The notes beneath the pieces were generated by a model. The model saw nothing but the letters and a program-made list of their open reading frames with translations. It was not told the DNA's origin and did not search any database. A stretch of DNA of 64,000 nucleotides. Source: Minisyncoccota bacterium (GTDB lineage: Bacteria; Patescibacteriota; Minisyncoccia; UBA6257; JAGOQP01). Positions 29,258 through 40,153 of this stretch are shown in pieces (the first letter of the stretch is position 1; the number at the start of each line of letters is the position of its first letter). Both the position numbers and the translations under genes were made by a program. The stretch is from NCBI GenBank assembly GCA_041661795.1, contig JBAZTS010000005.1, positions 768 through 64,767 on the forward strand. Direction: 5' to 3'.

Positions 29258-31081
29258 ATGTCTGGTAAAATAAAAAAGTATTTAATCAACCCGTTTCTTG
29301 AAGTGGTTAAATATTCTTTAGGACACAAATTTGTTTCTATCGGATTTATTCTGATTTTAATAATTGGTGGTTATTTTATTATTCCGTCTGTTTTTGTTGG
29401 AAGTAGTAAAATTCAGTATGTTCTGGCCAAAGTTCAAAAAAACGACATTGTCATATCTATATCCGGCAGTGGTCAGATATCGGCATCCAATCAGATAGAT
29501 TTAAAATCTAAGGTTTCGGGAGACGTCCTATCGGTGTCAGTTAAACAAGGAGATATAGTTAAATCTGGACAGGTTATAGCCAGAATTGATTCCGGTGATG
29601 TGGAAAAAACAATTAGAGATGCTCAGATAAATTTGGAAAGCGCTAAAATTTCATTTGAAAAAATAAAACAACCGGCCGACAACCTTTCTATAATACAAGC
29701 CCAAAACTCTTTAACTCAAGCAAAACAGTCAAAACAAGATGCTGAAGACAACTTAATCAAGAGTTTCGATGACGGGTTTAATTCGGTGGCAAATTCCTTT
29801 TTAGATTTGCCGTCAATAGTGTCTGGATTGGAAGACATTATAAATGGCGACGACATTAACAGTAGTCAAGGAAACTTTTATGCCTATTACGATTCGATAA
29901 AAAACATCAAAACAGAGGCTCTTCAGTTTTTGAATTCAGCCATAGAAACATATCAAAAAGCCAGAACAATTTATGAAACAAACCTTCAAAATTACAAAAA
30001 TATTAGTCGTTACTCAGAAACAGCTCAAATAGAAGATTTAATAGAGGAGACATACCAAGCAACCAAGCTTATTGCAGAATCCATAAAAAATGTAAAAAAC
30101 TTTCTTGATTTGGTTGATGACACTCAAACATCTCAAAGCATGTCTTCAATTTTATCTTCTCATCAAAACAGCATTCAAGAGTTTACATCAACAACTAATT
30201 CTCATCTTGGAAGTTTGCTTAATATCCAAAATACTATTAAAGATAATCGGAATTCAATAGTTAATACTCAATACTCTATTGACGAAAAAATAGAATCACT
30301 AAAAAATCTCCAAGATGGACCAGACGATTTAGATGTTCAATCTCAGGAGCTTTCATTAATACAAAAGGAGAATTCTTTACAAGACGCCAAAGAAAAACTA
30401 TCGGACTACTATGTAAAATCTCCTTTCAATGGGATGGTCGCTCAGATAGATATTAAAAAAGGAGATAACGTTTCTTCGGCGACAAGTATAGCAACGGTCA
30501 TAACTACCGAAAAAATAGCCGAAATTTCTCTTAACGAAGTTGATATAGCTAAAGTTAAGGTTGGTCAGGAGGCAACCTTGGAATTTGACGCCATTCCCGA
30601 CTTAAAAGTTGTTGGAAAAGTAGCTGAGGTTGACGTAATCGGAACTGCTACTCAGGGAGTGGTTAGTTATGATGTTAAAATATCTTTTAATACTGACAAT
30701 ATTCAAGTCAAACCTGGAATGAGTGTTTCTGCTTCAATTATTATTGAGCAAAAAAAGGATGTTCTTTCTGTGCTTAATACAGCGATAAAATCTTTAGGAG
30801 GAGCAAGTTATGTTGAGTTTTTTGAAAATACATCTCCAAACTCCAATCAGAGAAATCAAACAATTGAAACAGATAATTTGCCTAAAAAACAAAAAGTTGA
30901 AGTTGGTATATCGGATGATTCTTTAACTGAGATAACTGGCGGATTAGAAGAGGGAAGTTGGATAGTGGCTCGTTCGGTGGTTTCTAATTCTTCTAATTCT
31001 ACTCAAACTACTCAATCTAGTGTAAATACTATTAGGGCTTCTGGTGGTGGAGGTGTGGGAGGATTTATGATTCCAAGATAA
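29258..31081 (+). CDS. Efflux periplasmic adaptor (MacA/HlyD-like) with long coiled coil
   Basis: N-terminal TM; VKQGDIVKSGQ; SPFNG; KPGMSVSA. Confidence 0.88.
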   Translation: MSGKIKKYLINPFLEVVKYSLGHKFVSIGFILILIIGGYFIIPSVFVGSSKIQYVLAKVQKNDIVISISGSGQISASNQIDLKSKVSGDVLSVSVKQGDIVKSGQVIARIDSGDVEKTIRDAQINLESAKISFEKIKQPADNLSIIQAQNSLTQAKQSKQDAEDNLIKSFDDGFNSVANSFLDLPSIVSGLEDIINGDDINSSQGNFYAYYDSIKNIKTEALQFLNSAIETYQKARTIYETNLQNYKNISRYSETAQIEDLIEETYQATKLIAESIKNVKNFLDLVDDTQTSQSMSSILSSHQNSIQEFTSTTNSHLGSLLNIQNTIKDNRNSIVNTQYSIDEKIESLKNLQDGPDDLDVQSQELSLIQKENSLQDAKEKLSDYYVKSPFNGMVAQIDIKKGDNVSSATSIATVITTEKIAEISLNEVDIAKVKVGQEATLEFDAIPDLKVVGKVAEVDVIGTATQGVVSYDVKISFNTDNIQVKPGMSVSASIIIEQKKDVLSVLNTAIKSLGGASYVEFFENTSPNSNQRNQTIETDNLPKKQKVEVGISDDSLTEITGGLEEGSWIVARSVVSNSSNSTQTTQSSVNTIRASGGGGVGGFMIPR

Positions 31082-31085
31082 AAAC

Positions 31086-31802
31086 ATGATAGATTGTGAA
31101 AATATAACTAAGGTCTATATTAATGGTGGCATCGAGACGGCCGTACTGAAAAATATCTCATTTAAAATAAAAGAGGGAGAGTTTGTGGCGATTATGGGTC
31201 CTTCTGGATCTGGTAAATCAACTCTAATGCATATAATAGGAGCTTTGGACGTGCCCACTTCAGGAGTGTATAAATTAAATAGTCACGACGTTTCCAAGTT
31301 GTCCGACGATCAACTGGCAGAGATTAGAAATAAAAAAATAGGGTTTGTTTTTCAATCATTTAATCTTCTTTCTCGAGCGACTGTTTTGAAAAATGTAATG
31401 CTCCCTTTAATTTATTCCGATATTTCGGCATCTGAAAGAGATCAAAGAGTTGAAAAATCTTTAGAATCAGCTGGACTTCCTAAAGAAAGATGGGGCCATC
31501 TTTCTAACCAACTCTCTGGAGGTCAGATGCAAAGGGTGGCTATCGCTAGAGCTTTAGTAAATACCCCCTCAATTATATTAGCCGATGAACCAACTGGAAA
31601 TCTTGATACTAAAACCGGAGAGATAGTTTTGAAAACATTTCAGGAACTTAATGACGATCACGGACACACGATCGTTTTAATAACTCACGAGCTTTATGTT
31701 GCTCAGCATGCCGATAGAATTATTCATATTCAAGACGGATCGATTATTGAGGATAAAAAAAATGAAAGGAAGAGAGTTATTAATAGCAGTAATTTATTAT
31801 GA
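31086..31802 (+). CDS. ABC transporter ATP-binding protein (MacB/LolD-like)
   Basis: GPSGSGKST, LSGGQMQRV, ADEPTGNLD. Confidence 0.95.
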   Translation: MIDCENITKVYINGGIETAVLKNISFKIKEGEFVAIMGPSGSGKSTLMHIIGALDVPTSGVYKLNSHDVSKLSDDQLAEIRNKKIGFVFQSFNLLSRATVLKNVMLPLIYSDISASERDQRVEKSLESAGLPKERWGHLSNQLSGGQMQRVAIARALVNTPSIILADEPTGNLDTKTGEIVLKTFQELNDDHGHTIVLITHELYVAQHADRIIHIQDGSIIEDKKNERKRVINSSNLL

Positions 31803-33022
31803 GACTTACTGATTTACTTGAAGAAACACATTTTTCTTTGACTACCAATAAAGTTAGGTCTGGACTAACTATGCTTGGAATTGTAATCGGAATTGCTTCG
31901 GTTATTGCTATGGTATCCATAGGTCAGGGTGCTCAAGAATCAATCGAGTCCAATATTCAGTCAATCGGATCAAATTTATTAATGATAAGCCCGGGGGCTC
32001 AAAAAGGAGCTGGGGTTCAGGTAAGTTCCGGGAGAGGTTCGGCTCAAACCTTGACACAGGAAGATGCCCAAGCCATAAAAGAAGAAGTCTATTATGTTAA
32101 ATCTATGGCTCCAGAAATTTCCAAACGTTATCAAGTGACGGCCAAAGGAACAAATACGAATACACAGATTATTGGAACTACCGACTCCTATTTAAATGTA
32201 AGGAATATAGAAATTGATCAGGGGTCTTTTATAACTAATAGCAATGTTATTGGTTATAAAAGAGTGGCAGTTATTGGACCGGATGTTCTCATTGATCTTT
32301 TTGGAGATGGGTCTTTTCCGATTGGACAAACAATTAGAATCAATAAAGTTGATTTTAAAATTATTGGAATAACTAAAGAAAAAGGGGGGAGTGGATTTTC
32401 CAATCAAGACGACATGATTTTTATTCCAATCTCAACTGCCCAAAGATTTCTTTCAGGAGATGACTATTTAACATCGATAAGTGTTCAAGCGCTTGACCAG
32501 GAATCAATGACTTTAGCGCAAGAAGAAATAACCAATTTACTTTTAGCTAGACATAATATTAATGATTCGGCTCTATCTGATTTCAGCGTCTTGAATCAAG
32601 CCGATCTAGTGGAAACAGCTTCTTCAGTAACGGACACCTTCACTATTCTTTTGGGAGCTATTGCCGGAATATCGCTTTTAGTTGGAGGAATTGGGATTAT
32701 GAATATGATGTTAACAACCGTAACAGAGAGGACGAGAGAAATAGGATTGCGTAAAGCAATTGGAGCTAAAAGAAAAGATATTACTTATCAATTTTTAACA
32801 GAATCGGTAACTCTAACTTTTCTTGGTGGTTTTTTCGGAATTTTATTGGGATGGGGAAGTTCTTATTTGATAACCCAACTTTCTAATATGGCTACCAAAG
32901 TTTCCATATCGTCCGTTTTATTAGCTTTTCTTGTTTCTGCAAGTATCGGGATAATATTCGGATATTATCCTGCTAAGAGAGCTTCCAAATTAAATCCCAT
33001 AGAGGCACTAAGATACGAATAA
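31799..33022 (+). CDS. MacB-like ABC permease
   Basis: LTMLGIVIGI; GGIGIMNMML...ERTREIG; LNPIEALRYE. Confidence 0.93.
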   Translation: MRLTDLLEETHFSLTTNKVRSGLTMLGIVIGIASVIAMVSIGQGAQESIESNIQSIGSNLLMISPGAQKGAGVQVSSGRGSAQTLTQEDAQAIKEEVYYVKSMAPEISKRYQVTAKGTNTNTQIIGTTDSYLNVRNIEIDQGSFITNSNVIGYKRVAVIGPDVLIDLFGDGSFPIGQTIRINKVDFKIIGITKEKGGSGFSNQDDMIFIPISTAQRFLSGDDYLTSISVQALDQESMTLAQEEITNLLLARHNINDSALSDFSVLNQADLVETASSVTDTFTILLGAIAGISLLVGGIGIMNMMLTTVTERTREIGLRKAIGAKRKDITYQFLTESVTLTFLGGFFGILLGWGSSYLITQLSNMATKVSISSVLLAFLVSASIGIIFGYYPAKRASKLNPIEALRYE

Positions 33023-33047
33023 AAATGTGTTACAATTATTCCGTTGT

Positions 33048-34370
33048 ATGAAAAAATATCTTATCTACGGAATATTTTTGGTAAATATTTTTATAATTCT
33101 TTTTTTCTGGTGGCAATCATCTCACTCTTTGTTTGGCTTTGGAAATTATGGCATTCTAACGGCCCTTGGAAGAATTTCGGGACTTTTGGCTGTTTTTTTT
33201 GTTCTTATTCAATTTGTTTTAATAGGAAGAAGTATTTGGATAGAACGAATTTTTGGATTGGATAAACTGACCAGAGTTCATCATTTAAACAGTTTTCTTT
33301 CAATATTCTTTATAATCTTCCATCCAATTTTGGTGACTTTGGGGTACGGCGTTGCCAATCAAAAGAGTTTTTTAGGACAGATGTCTGATTTTATATTTAA
33401 TTATGAGAATGTTTTTGGGGCTTTTATTGGTCTGCTTATTTTTATTGGTATCGTTATTGTTTCTTTGTCCATTGTTAGATTAAAATTTAAATACGAATCC
33501 TGGTATTACGTCCATATTTTCACTTACCTTGCTATCTTGCTGGCTTTTGGACACCAAATGGAAATCGGTGGAGATTTTTTGAACAGCGACATGTTCGGGT
33601 ACTACTGGTCTCTTTTATATCTAGTCGTTTTTGGGAACTTGATTGTTTTTAGATTTTTAAGACCCGTTTTTCTTCTTTATAGACATCGTTTCTATATTTC
33701 TAAAGTGGAAAAAGAAAACCCTTTTGTTGTCTCAATTTATATTTCCGGAAAAAATATGGATAAATTTCATGCTTTGCCGGGGCAATTTATCATTGTCAGA
33801 TTTCTTAATAAAAAATTTATTTGGCAGGCGCATCCATTTTCTATTTCAAACGTAGTTGAAGAAAATCAAATTCGCATCACGGTGAAAAACAGCGGTGACT
33901 TTACTTCAGAAATTCAAAACATATTACCTAACACTTTTGTTTTAATAGACGGGCCTTACGGAATATTTACGGAAAAAGCGGCTAATTTGAAAAAGTTTTT
34001 GTTTATAGCTGGAGGAATTGGTATTACTCCCATAAGAGCCATGATTGAAGGACTAACTCAAAAAAATGCTGACATAGTTTTAATTTATGGAGCTAAAAAA
34101 GAAAACGAATTTGTTTTTAAAAAAGAGCTTGAAGAATTATCTGGGAAAAATGATTTTCCCATCCATTATGTTGTTAGTGACGACTCAAGTTTTGTCGGGT
34201 TAAAGGGTCAAGTAACCGAGGCGATGGTGGAAAAACTCGTGCCCGATTTCAAAGAAAGAGAAGTTTATATCTGCGGTCCTACCCCTATGATGATTGGGTT
34301 AAAAAAATCTCTTACTCTGGCTGGGACAAATGAGAAAAATATACATTTTGAAATATTCTCACTTTACTGA
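33048..34370 (+). CDS. Ferric reductase-like TM protein fused to FAD/NAD-binding domain
   Basis: His-bearing TM helices; HPFS; DGPYG; AGGIGITP; YICGP. Confidence 0.88.
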   Translation: MKKYLIYGIFLVNIFIILFFWWQSSHSLFGFGNYGILTALGRISGLLAVFFVLIQFVLIGRSIWIERIFGLDKLTRVHHLNSFLSIFFIIFHPILVTLGYGVANQKSFLGQMSDFIFNYENVFGAFIGLLIFIGIVIVSLSIVRLKFKYESWYYVHIFTYLAILLAFGHQMEIGGDFLNSDMFGYYWSLLYLVVFGNLIVFRFLRPVFLLYRHRFYISKVEKENPFVVSIYISGKNMDKFHALPGQFIIVRFLNKKFIWQAHPFSISNVVEENQIRITVKNSGDFTSEIQNILPNTFVLIDGPYGIFTEKAANLKKFLFIAGGIGITPIRAMIEGLTQKNADIVLIYGAKKENEFVFKKELEELSGKNDFPIHYVVSDDSSFVGLKGQVTEAMVEKLVPDFKEREVYICGPTPMMIGLKKSLTLAGTNEKNIHFEIFSLY

Positions 34371-34404
34371 TTGTAAATTATTTAATAGGTAGTAAAATCA
34401 ATAT

Positions 34405-34836
34405 ATGGAAAATAGAAACTTTAGCTCTGAAGAAATAAGAACCTTACGAAGATCGGTCAGAAACATAAACGTTGAACACAAAGAGAATCTCTCTCGTCTT
34501 GAGATGGCGGCAGTGGTGGTAACTCAAAAAGTGGGTAGTGTCGGTTTTTTTGTGATTATCGCTCTTTGGAGTGCTGTCTGGATTTTGTGGAATATCTTTG
34601 CCCCGGCTAATTTAAGATTTGATCCATATCCGGCTTTTGAGTTGTGGCTGTTTATCGCCAACATTATTCAGTTGGCTCTTTTGCCTCTTTTAATGGTCGG
34701 CCAAAACCTTTTAGCTCGCCATGCCCAAGCTCGAGCCGATGCCGATTTTGATTTAAATAAAATCTCCGAAAAAGAAATCAGTTTTATATTGGAAAAATTA
34801 GATGAAATAAGCAGGAAGTTAGGTGATAAGAATTAG
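34405..34836 (+). CDS. DUF1003-like membrane protein
   Basis: VGSVGFF...FDPYPAF...LPLLMVGQN. Confidence 0.75.
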   Translation: MENRNFSSEEIRTLRRSVRNINVEHKENLSRLEMAAVVVTQKVGSVGFFVIIALWSAVWILWNIFAPANLRFDPYPAFELWLFIANIIQLALLPLLMVGQNLLARHAQARADADFDLNKISEKEISFILEKLDEISRKLGDKN

Positions 34837-34840
34837 AGAA

Positions 34841-34911
34841 TATCGTATAGCGTATACCGAATACCGGATGCGAAATACAGTATACAGAATACGGTTGCCA
34901 GTATACGATAC
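34841..34911. repeat. Heptamer-like foldback repeat between convergent genes
   Basis: tatcgtata...tatacgata with internal (a/g)atac units. Confidence 0.55.
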
Positions 34912-35618
34912 TATGCCTTGGCTACCACCAGTCCGATAATTTTTCTTGCGCCGTTTTCTTTTAGAATCTTAGAGGCCTCTTTTAGAGTTGCTCCCGAAGT
35001 GGAAATGTCGTCTATAAGTATAAAACTTTTTCCTTTTACGTTTTCTGGATTAATCGCCAGAAAAGAATTTGAAATATTCTCTGCTCTCTTTTGGTTATTT
35101 TTGATTTGGGCTTGGGACTTTGTGTTTTTTATTCTTTTTAGTGTCTTTACAAGGGGAATATTAAAATACTGGCAAAAAATTTTGGCTATTTCCTCGGATT
35201 GATTAAACCCTCTTTTTCTCTCCTTATGAAAATGTAGAGGAATAAATGTTGTCAAAAAAGAACTTGTATCCAGTTGAGATTTTTTTATGTAGGTTATTAA
35301 AATAACCGAAAGAATTTTTGATATCTTTTCAAGTCGCCTGTATTTGAAGTTATGAACAAGCGAGGGTAGGGGAGATTTATAAAATGTGGCTGGAGCAAGA
35401 ACATAGTGATCTTTGCCGTGGCAAATATTTTGGGGGTCTGGCCTTCTTGCAAGGCATGTTGGGCAGTAGAATCCGTCATTTATTTGAATCATTGAAAAAC
35501 AATTATCACATAAAAAATTATCCTGGTTTTCTATGTTTCTTTTGCAATTGACACAAATAGGAGGGAAAAGAATATCCAAGATTAACTTATAACTTTTAAT
35601 CAATGGTCTCTTAAACAT
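34911..35618 (-). CDS. comF: ComF competence protein (Zn-ribbon plus PRTase domain)
   Basis: FPPICVNC...CDNC; RGFNQS; LIDDISTSGATL. Confidence 0.92.
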   Translation of the reverse strand: MFKRPLIKSYKLILDILFPPICVNCKRNIENQDNFLCDNCFSMIQINDGFYCPTCLARRPDPQNICHGKDHYVLAPATFYKSPLPSLVHNFKYRRLEKISKILSVILITYIKKSQLDTSSFLTTFIPLHFHKERKRGFNQSEEIAKIFCQYFNIPLVKTLKRIKNTKSQAQIKNNQKRAENISNSFLAINPENVKGKSFILIDDISTSGATLKEASKILKENGARKIIGLVVAKA

Positions 35619-35678
35619 AAGCCAATTTTAATGTATAATTACATTATAAAATAGCTAAGTGCCGATTACTAATTACTA

Positions 35679-36767
35679 ATGTTTGATTTTATTAAAAATA
35701 TTTTTTCTGGAAATAAATCGTATGTAGGGGTGGATATAGGCACTACCTCTATTAAAGCCGTTGAGCTTTCTCTTAAAGGCCAAATTCCGTATTTAAACAA
35801 TTATGCCATTTTGGAAAGTTTTGGTCATTTCGAAAGAGCTAATAATGTTATTCAAGCCAATGCCGTCAAGATTTCGGAAAAAGAAACAGTTGCTATGTTA
35901 AAGATTTTATTTAAAAGTGGTGGATTTAAAACCAGATCGGTTATTGCTTCTGTTCCACAATTTTCTTCTTATATTTCTTTAATTGAGCTTCCTGATATGT
36001 CAGAAGAGGAAACCCAAAAAACGATGGTTTTTCAGATAAAACAAAATATTCCTTTGCCCTTGTCGGACATTGCTATTGATTGGATAAGAGTGGGTCAGAG
36101 AAAAGATGAGAACGGATTTGTTAAACAACAAGTCCTTTTAGTGGCTATTCCCAACGAAACTATCGCCAGATTTAAATCCATCTTTAAAAGCGCTGGATTA
36201 AATCTTCGGGCCTTGGAAGTGGAAAATCTTTCTTATGTAAGATCGGTTATCGGCAGTGATCAAACGCCAACTATAATTGTTGATATAGGAGCTCGTTCCA
36301 CGGGTATTAGTGTAGTAGAGCAGGGATTTTTAAAAGGCGTCACTCAGGTAGATTACGCCGGGGATTCTTTAACGTCGGCTATTGTTAAGGGTCTTGGCAT
36401 CAGCTATAAAAGAGCCGAGGAATTAAAAAAACAAAGAGGAATCACTGGGGGAGTAGGTGAATATGAGTTATCCACATTGGAAATACCATTTATTGATGTT
36501 ATAATAAACGAAGTCAAGAAAGTCAAAGCCAAATTTGAAGGCGAGTTTGGAGTGAATATTCAGAGAGTGATACTCATAGGTGGAGGAGCTAATTTGGTGG
36601 GAATAGAAGAATATTTTTCTGGTAAGTTTGATGTGCCGGTAGTTTTGGGGAACGGACTTTTGTATATTGAAGCTCCCTCAAGAATAAATGTAGTGGGAAA
36701 GGAAATTCAAACAAGATTTGCCGGAGCAATAGGGCTGGCAATAAAAGGATTTATGCAGTCCAACTAA
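35679..36767 (+). CDS. pilM: Type IV pilus assembly protein PilM
   Basis: VGVDIGTTSIKAVEL; VDIGA; LIGGGANL; AIGLA. Confidence 0.9.
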   Translation: MFDFIKNIFSGNKSYVGVDIGTTSIKAVELSLKGQIPYLNNYAILESFGHFERANNVIQANAVKISEKETVAMLKILFKSGGFKTRSVIASVPQFSSYISLIELPDMSEEETQKTMVFQIKQNIPLPLSDIAIDWIRVGQRKDENGFVKQQVLLVAIPNETIARFKSIFKSAGLNLRALEVENLSYVRSVIGSDQTPTIIVDIGARSTGISVVEQGFLKGVTQVDYAGDSLTSAIVKGLGISYKRAEELKKQRGITGGVGEYELSTLEIPFIDVIINEVKKVKAKFEGEFGVNIQRVILIGGGANLVGIEEYFSGKFDVPVVLGNGLLYIEAPSRINVVGKEIQTRFAGAIGLAIKGFMQSN

Positions 36768-36775
36768 AAAAATAT

Positions 36776-37348
36776 ATGGCAGATTTCAATTTTGGAGCAA
36801 AAACAGTTCAAAAACAAAAAGAATCACCTTATTCTTCGGTGGGTTTTCCTTGGAGAATATTTGTTATAACTTTAGTTATATTCGTTTTGTCTTTGGTTAT
36901 TTATGCCGGAATGGATCTTGGATACAAACCATATTTAGAATCGCAATTATCTAAAGTTGATTCGGATTTTGATGCGCTTTCTGAAACTTTTAATGAGCAA
37001 CAACAAAAAGACCTTCTTAATCTTTATTCGCAACTTTATAATATAAAAAACATTTCCTTATCTCATCCTTATATTTCACAAATATTTAATTTACTGGAGT
37101 CATCTTTGTATCCAACCGTTAAATTAACCAATCTTCAAGCAAGCGTATCTTCGTACGAAGTGAGGGTTGAGGGAATTACGGTTGATTTTGATACTTTGGC
37201 TAATCAATTAGCCGCTTTAAAATCTCACGATAAAATTTCCAGTGTTTCCTTGGATACCTCCAGAAAGATGGAGCAAAAAGAAGGAGGAGGAGTTTTCTTT
37301 TCTATAAAAATAATTTTGGAAAAATCATTCTTTAATCAACCTTCTTAA
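36776..37348 (+). CDS. pilN: PilN-like protein
   Basis: Single TM plus coiled coil; position after pilM. Confidence 0.65.
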   Translation: MADFNFGAKTVQKQKESPYSSVGFPWRIFVITLVIFVLSLVIYAGMDLGYKPYLESQLSKVDSDFDALSETFNEQQQKDLLNLYSQLYNIKNISLSHPYISQIFNLLESSLYPTVKLTNLQASVSSYEVRVEGITVDFDTLANQLAALKSHDKISSVSLDTSRKMEQKEGGGVFFSIKIILEKSFFNQPS

Positions 37349-37356
37349 ATAAAAAA

Positions 37357-37917
37357 ATGAAATCATCTTCAAAAAGAATAACCTTTATAGTAATTTCTCT
37401 AATACTGCTTTTAATGTCGGCTATGGTCTACTCTTCTTTAATTAGAAAATCCTATGGTGACGTGAAAGAGTCAATGTCTCAATTGTCGGCCAAAAGAGAT
37501 TCTCTAAATAAATATCAAACAACATTAAATCAGGTGAAGAGTTTACTTGATAGTTTGGAAAGTAACGCCGATATACAAAAAAAGGTTTCTCTGATGCTTC
37601 CTAAAGATAAAGACGTGGGATATCTGGCTAATCAGATAATTGGACTTTCAAAAATAAACGGTCTTAATTTAGAATCTCTCTCAACTCAAGTAGCTCCAAC
37701 TCAGCCGTCTAATTCAGCCATCATAAAAAATGTGGGAAAACTCAGAGGCGAGGTGAGATTATCGGGAAGTTATGCCGGGTTCAAATCATTTTTAAAACAA
37801 ATTGAAAGTAATATTTTAATTCTTGATGTGAGCGAATTTCGCATAGAAGGATCTTCTAAAAGCGACGCTCCGTTAAAATACACACTTTCGGTATCAAGTT
37901 ATTATCAATCCGATTAG
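37357..37917 (+). CDS. pilO: PilO-like protein
   Basis: TM, coiled coil, GSYAGFKSFLKQIE. Confidence 0.75.
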   Translation: MKSSSKRITFIVISLILLLMSAMVYSSLIRKSYGDVKESMSQLSAKRDSLNKYQTTLNQVKSLLDSLESNADIQKKVSLMLPKDKDVGYLANQIIGLSKINGLNLESLSTQVAPTQPSNSAIIKNVGKLRGEVRLSGSYAGFKSFLKQIESNILILDVSEFRIEGSSKSDAPLKYTLSVSSYYQSD

Positions 37918-37990
37918 TTAGTAGTTTGTATTCGGTAGTTGGTATATGGAGAGACGATGCCATATACTAAATACCATATACTAAATACCA
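37915..37990. repeat. Heptamer foldback repeat
   Basis: tagtttg/tattcgg/tagttgg/tatatgg answered by ccatata/ctaaata twice. Confidence 0.7.
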
Positions 37991-37996
37991 ATCAAT

Positions 37997-38293
37997 ATGG
38001 CCATTTATATACAAGAAGAAAAAGAAGGAGGGAAAAGTTGGTTGAGTTTTGGAGTTATATTTGTGATTTTAGTGATACTTGGAATCGCTTCCTATTATTT
38101 ATTTTTTGTTAAACCGGATTTAATCAGTGGAATAGTAATCCCGGTTAAACTAAAGTCCATAGATGACCTTGCCAAAATGAATTTTAATCCTCAGGACATA
38201 GTTTCCAATCAGTTTTTCAAAATATCCAAACAGTATATTTCTCCTCCGACTCCGATTCCCGGAGGCAACATTTCTCCCTTTGGAGTGTTTTAA
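37997..38293 (+). CDS. Small single-TM pilus-cluster protein
   Basis: One TM; Pro-rich end GNISPF. Confidence 0.7.
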   Translation: MAIYIQEEKEGGKSWLSFGVIFVILVILGIASYYLFFVKPDLISGIVIPVKLKSIDDLAKMNFNPQDIVSNQFFKISKQYISPPTPIPGGNISPFGVF

Positions 38294-38304
38294 AGTTTTT
38301 GTCT

Positions 38305-40041
38305 ATGGAAAATTCAGTTCTTATAAAAAAGTTAATTGATGATGGCTTTTTAAATCAGGAGAACGGTCAGAAGCTTCTTTCAGAAGCTTCTTTGTCCAGG
38401 ATACCGGTAGACGAAATAATCTATGAAAGAAGAGTAGTTTCCGAGGACGTTCTTTTGAAAGCCAAAAGTCAAATTTTATCAATTCCTTCAAAAAAAGTTG
38501 ACCCGGAAAGTATCTCGGATGATTTAATAAAACTTGTTCCTGAGCAAACCGTTAGAAATTTTAAAGTTATTCCTCTTTCTTTGCAGGATGACTTAATGGT
38601 GGTTGGAATGGTCAATCCTGACGATGAAAAAGCTCAAAACGCTATAAAGTTTGTTGCCAAACAAGCAAAAGTTAATCTGGGAATTTATCTAATTTCTTTT
38701 TCTTTATGGGAAACGGTTTTAAGAAAATATTCTCCTTATAAAAGCGAAGTTGAAGCCGCAATAAAATCAATCTATTCGCTTGGTACTAAAAAAACTTCTT
38801 CCGAACAAAGAGCGGTTCAACTTGAAAGCGGAGGAGGGAGTGAAGATGCTCCGATAATAAGAATTGTCGCTTCTACTTTAAAAGAAGCAGTTTGGCAACA
38901 ATCCTCCGATATTCATTTGGAGCCACAAAGAAATAGATTAAGAATTAGATTTAGATTGGACGGACAGTTAAAAGAAGTGGCTTCTATGCCCATAGAACTT
39001 CAACAGGCAATTATTTCTCGTGTTAAGGTTCTTTCTAATTTAAAAATTGATGAAACAAGAATTCCACAAGACGGAAGATTTAGGGCGTTTATTGCCGGAA
39101 GAGATATAGATTTTCGTGTGGCTTCTTTTCCTACTCCCACGGGTGAAAAGATAGCTATCCGCGTTCTTGACCCGCAAATAGGGTTAAAAGGTCTTGAAGA
39201 GCTTGGTTTAATTGAAACAAACTTGGAAATTACCAAAGAGGGAATAAAGGATCCTTATGGGATGATTCTTATTACAGGACCCACTGGTTCTGGTAAAACG
39301 ACCACTCTTTATGCTCTTATGCAGATTCTTAACAATGAATCGGTTAACGTTGTTAGTTTGGAAGATCCGGTTGAATATTATATAGACGGTTTAAATCAAT
39401 CTCAGGTAAGGCCAGAAATTGGATACGACTTTGCTTCTGGGCTCCGACAAATTTTAAGACAGGATCCGGACATTATTATGGTTGGAGAAATAAGAGACAA
39501 CGAAACTGCGGGTCTGGCCATACATGCCGCTTTGACTGGACATATTGTTCTTTCAACTTTGCATACCAATAATGCCGTTGGAGTTATTCCAAGATTGATT
39601 GATATGAAAGTTGATCCGTTTCTTTTGCCCTCTACGGTTAATTTAATGATAGCTCAAAGATTAGTTCCCAAACTTTGTCAAAAATGTTTAACAAAAAAAG
39701 ATCCTCCATCGGAAGTTAAAGCAATTATTGTGGAGGAGATAAAAAAGATGGATGTAGCTATTGTCAAAAGATTTAATATTCCCGAAAATTATACTGTTTT
39801 TGAATCAAAAGGTTGTGACGCTTGCGCTGGGAAAGGAATATCGGGAAGAATGGCTCTTTTTGAGATTTTAAAAATGACCAGAGAACTTGAAGAGGTTATC
39901 AATAAAAGACCAACTGAAGGAGATATTTGGCAGGAGGCCAAAAGACAAAAGATGATAACTCTAAGACAAGATGGAATTATAAAAGCTATAAGGGGATTGG
40001 TTTCAATTGAATCGGTTTTAAGGGAAACAGGAGAACTCTAA
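38305..40041 (+). CDS. pilB: Type IV pilus extension ATPase PilB
   Basis: SDIHLEP, GPTGSGKTTT, EDPVEY, LRQDPD, CxxC pairs. Confidence 0.95.
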   Translation: MENSVLIKKLIDDGFLNQENGQKLLSEASLSRIPVDEIIYERRVVSEDVLLKAKSQILSIPSKKVDPESISDDLIKLVPEQTVRNFKVIPLSLQDDLMVVGMVNPDDEKAQNAIKFVAKQAKVNLGIYLISFSLWETVLRKYSPYKSEVEAAIKSIYSLGTKKTSSEQRAVQLESGGGSEDAPIIRIVASTLKEAVWQQSSDIHLEPQRNRLRIRFRLDGQLKEVASMPIELQQAIISRVKVLSNLKIDETRIPQDGRFRAFIAGRDIDFRVASFPTPTGEKIAIRVLDPQIGLKGLEELGLIETNLEITKEGIKDPYGMILITGPTGSGKTTTLYALMQILNNESVNVVSLEDPVEYYIDGLNQSQVRPEIGYDFASGLRQILRQDPDIIMVGEIRDNETAGLAIHAALTGHIVLSTLHTNNAVGVIPRLIDMKVDPFLLPSTVNLMIAQRLVPKLCQKCLTKKDPPSEVKAIIVEEIKKMDVAIVKRFNIPENYTVFESKGCDACAGKGISGRMALFEILKMTRELEEVINKRPTEGDIWQEAKRQKMITLRQDGIIKAIRGLVSIESVLRETGEL

Positions 40042-40147
40042 TTGGTATATAGGGTTTGGTATATCGTATATAGGGAAAACAAAAATAGGAAAGGACTTTA
40101 ATTTTCTTGACTGTTCCTATATACTAACTACTAATTACTAACTACTA
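40042..40147. repeat. Heptamer foldback repeat
   Basis: ttggtatataggg...tatatagg versus cctatatac-taactac-taattac-taactac. Confidence 0.65.
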
Positions 40148-40153
40148 TTTATT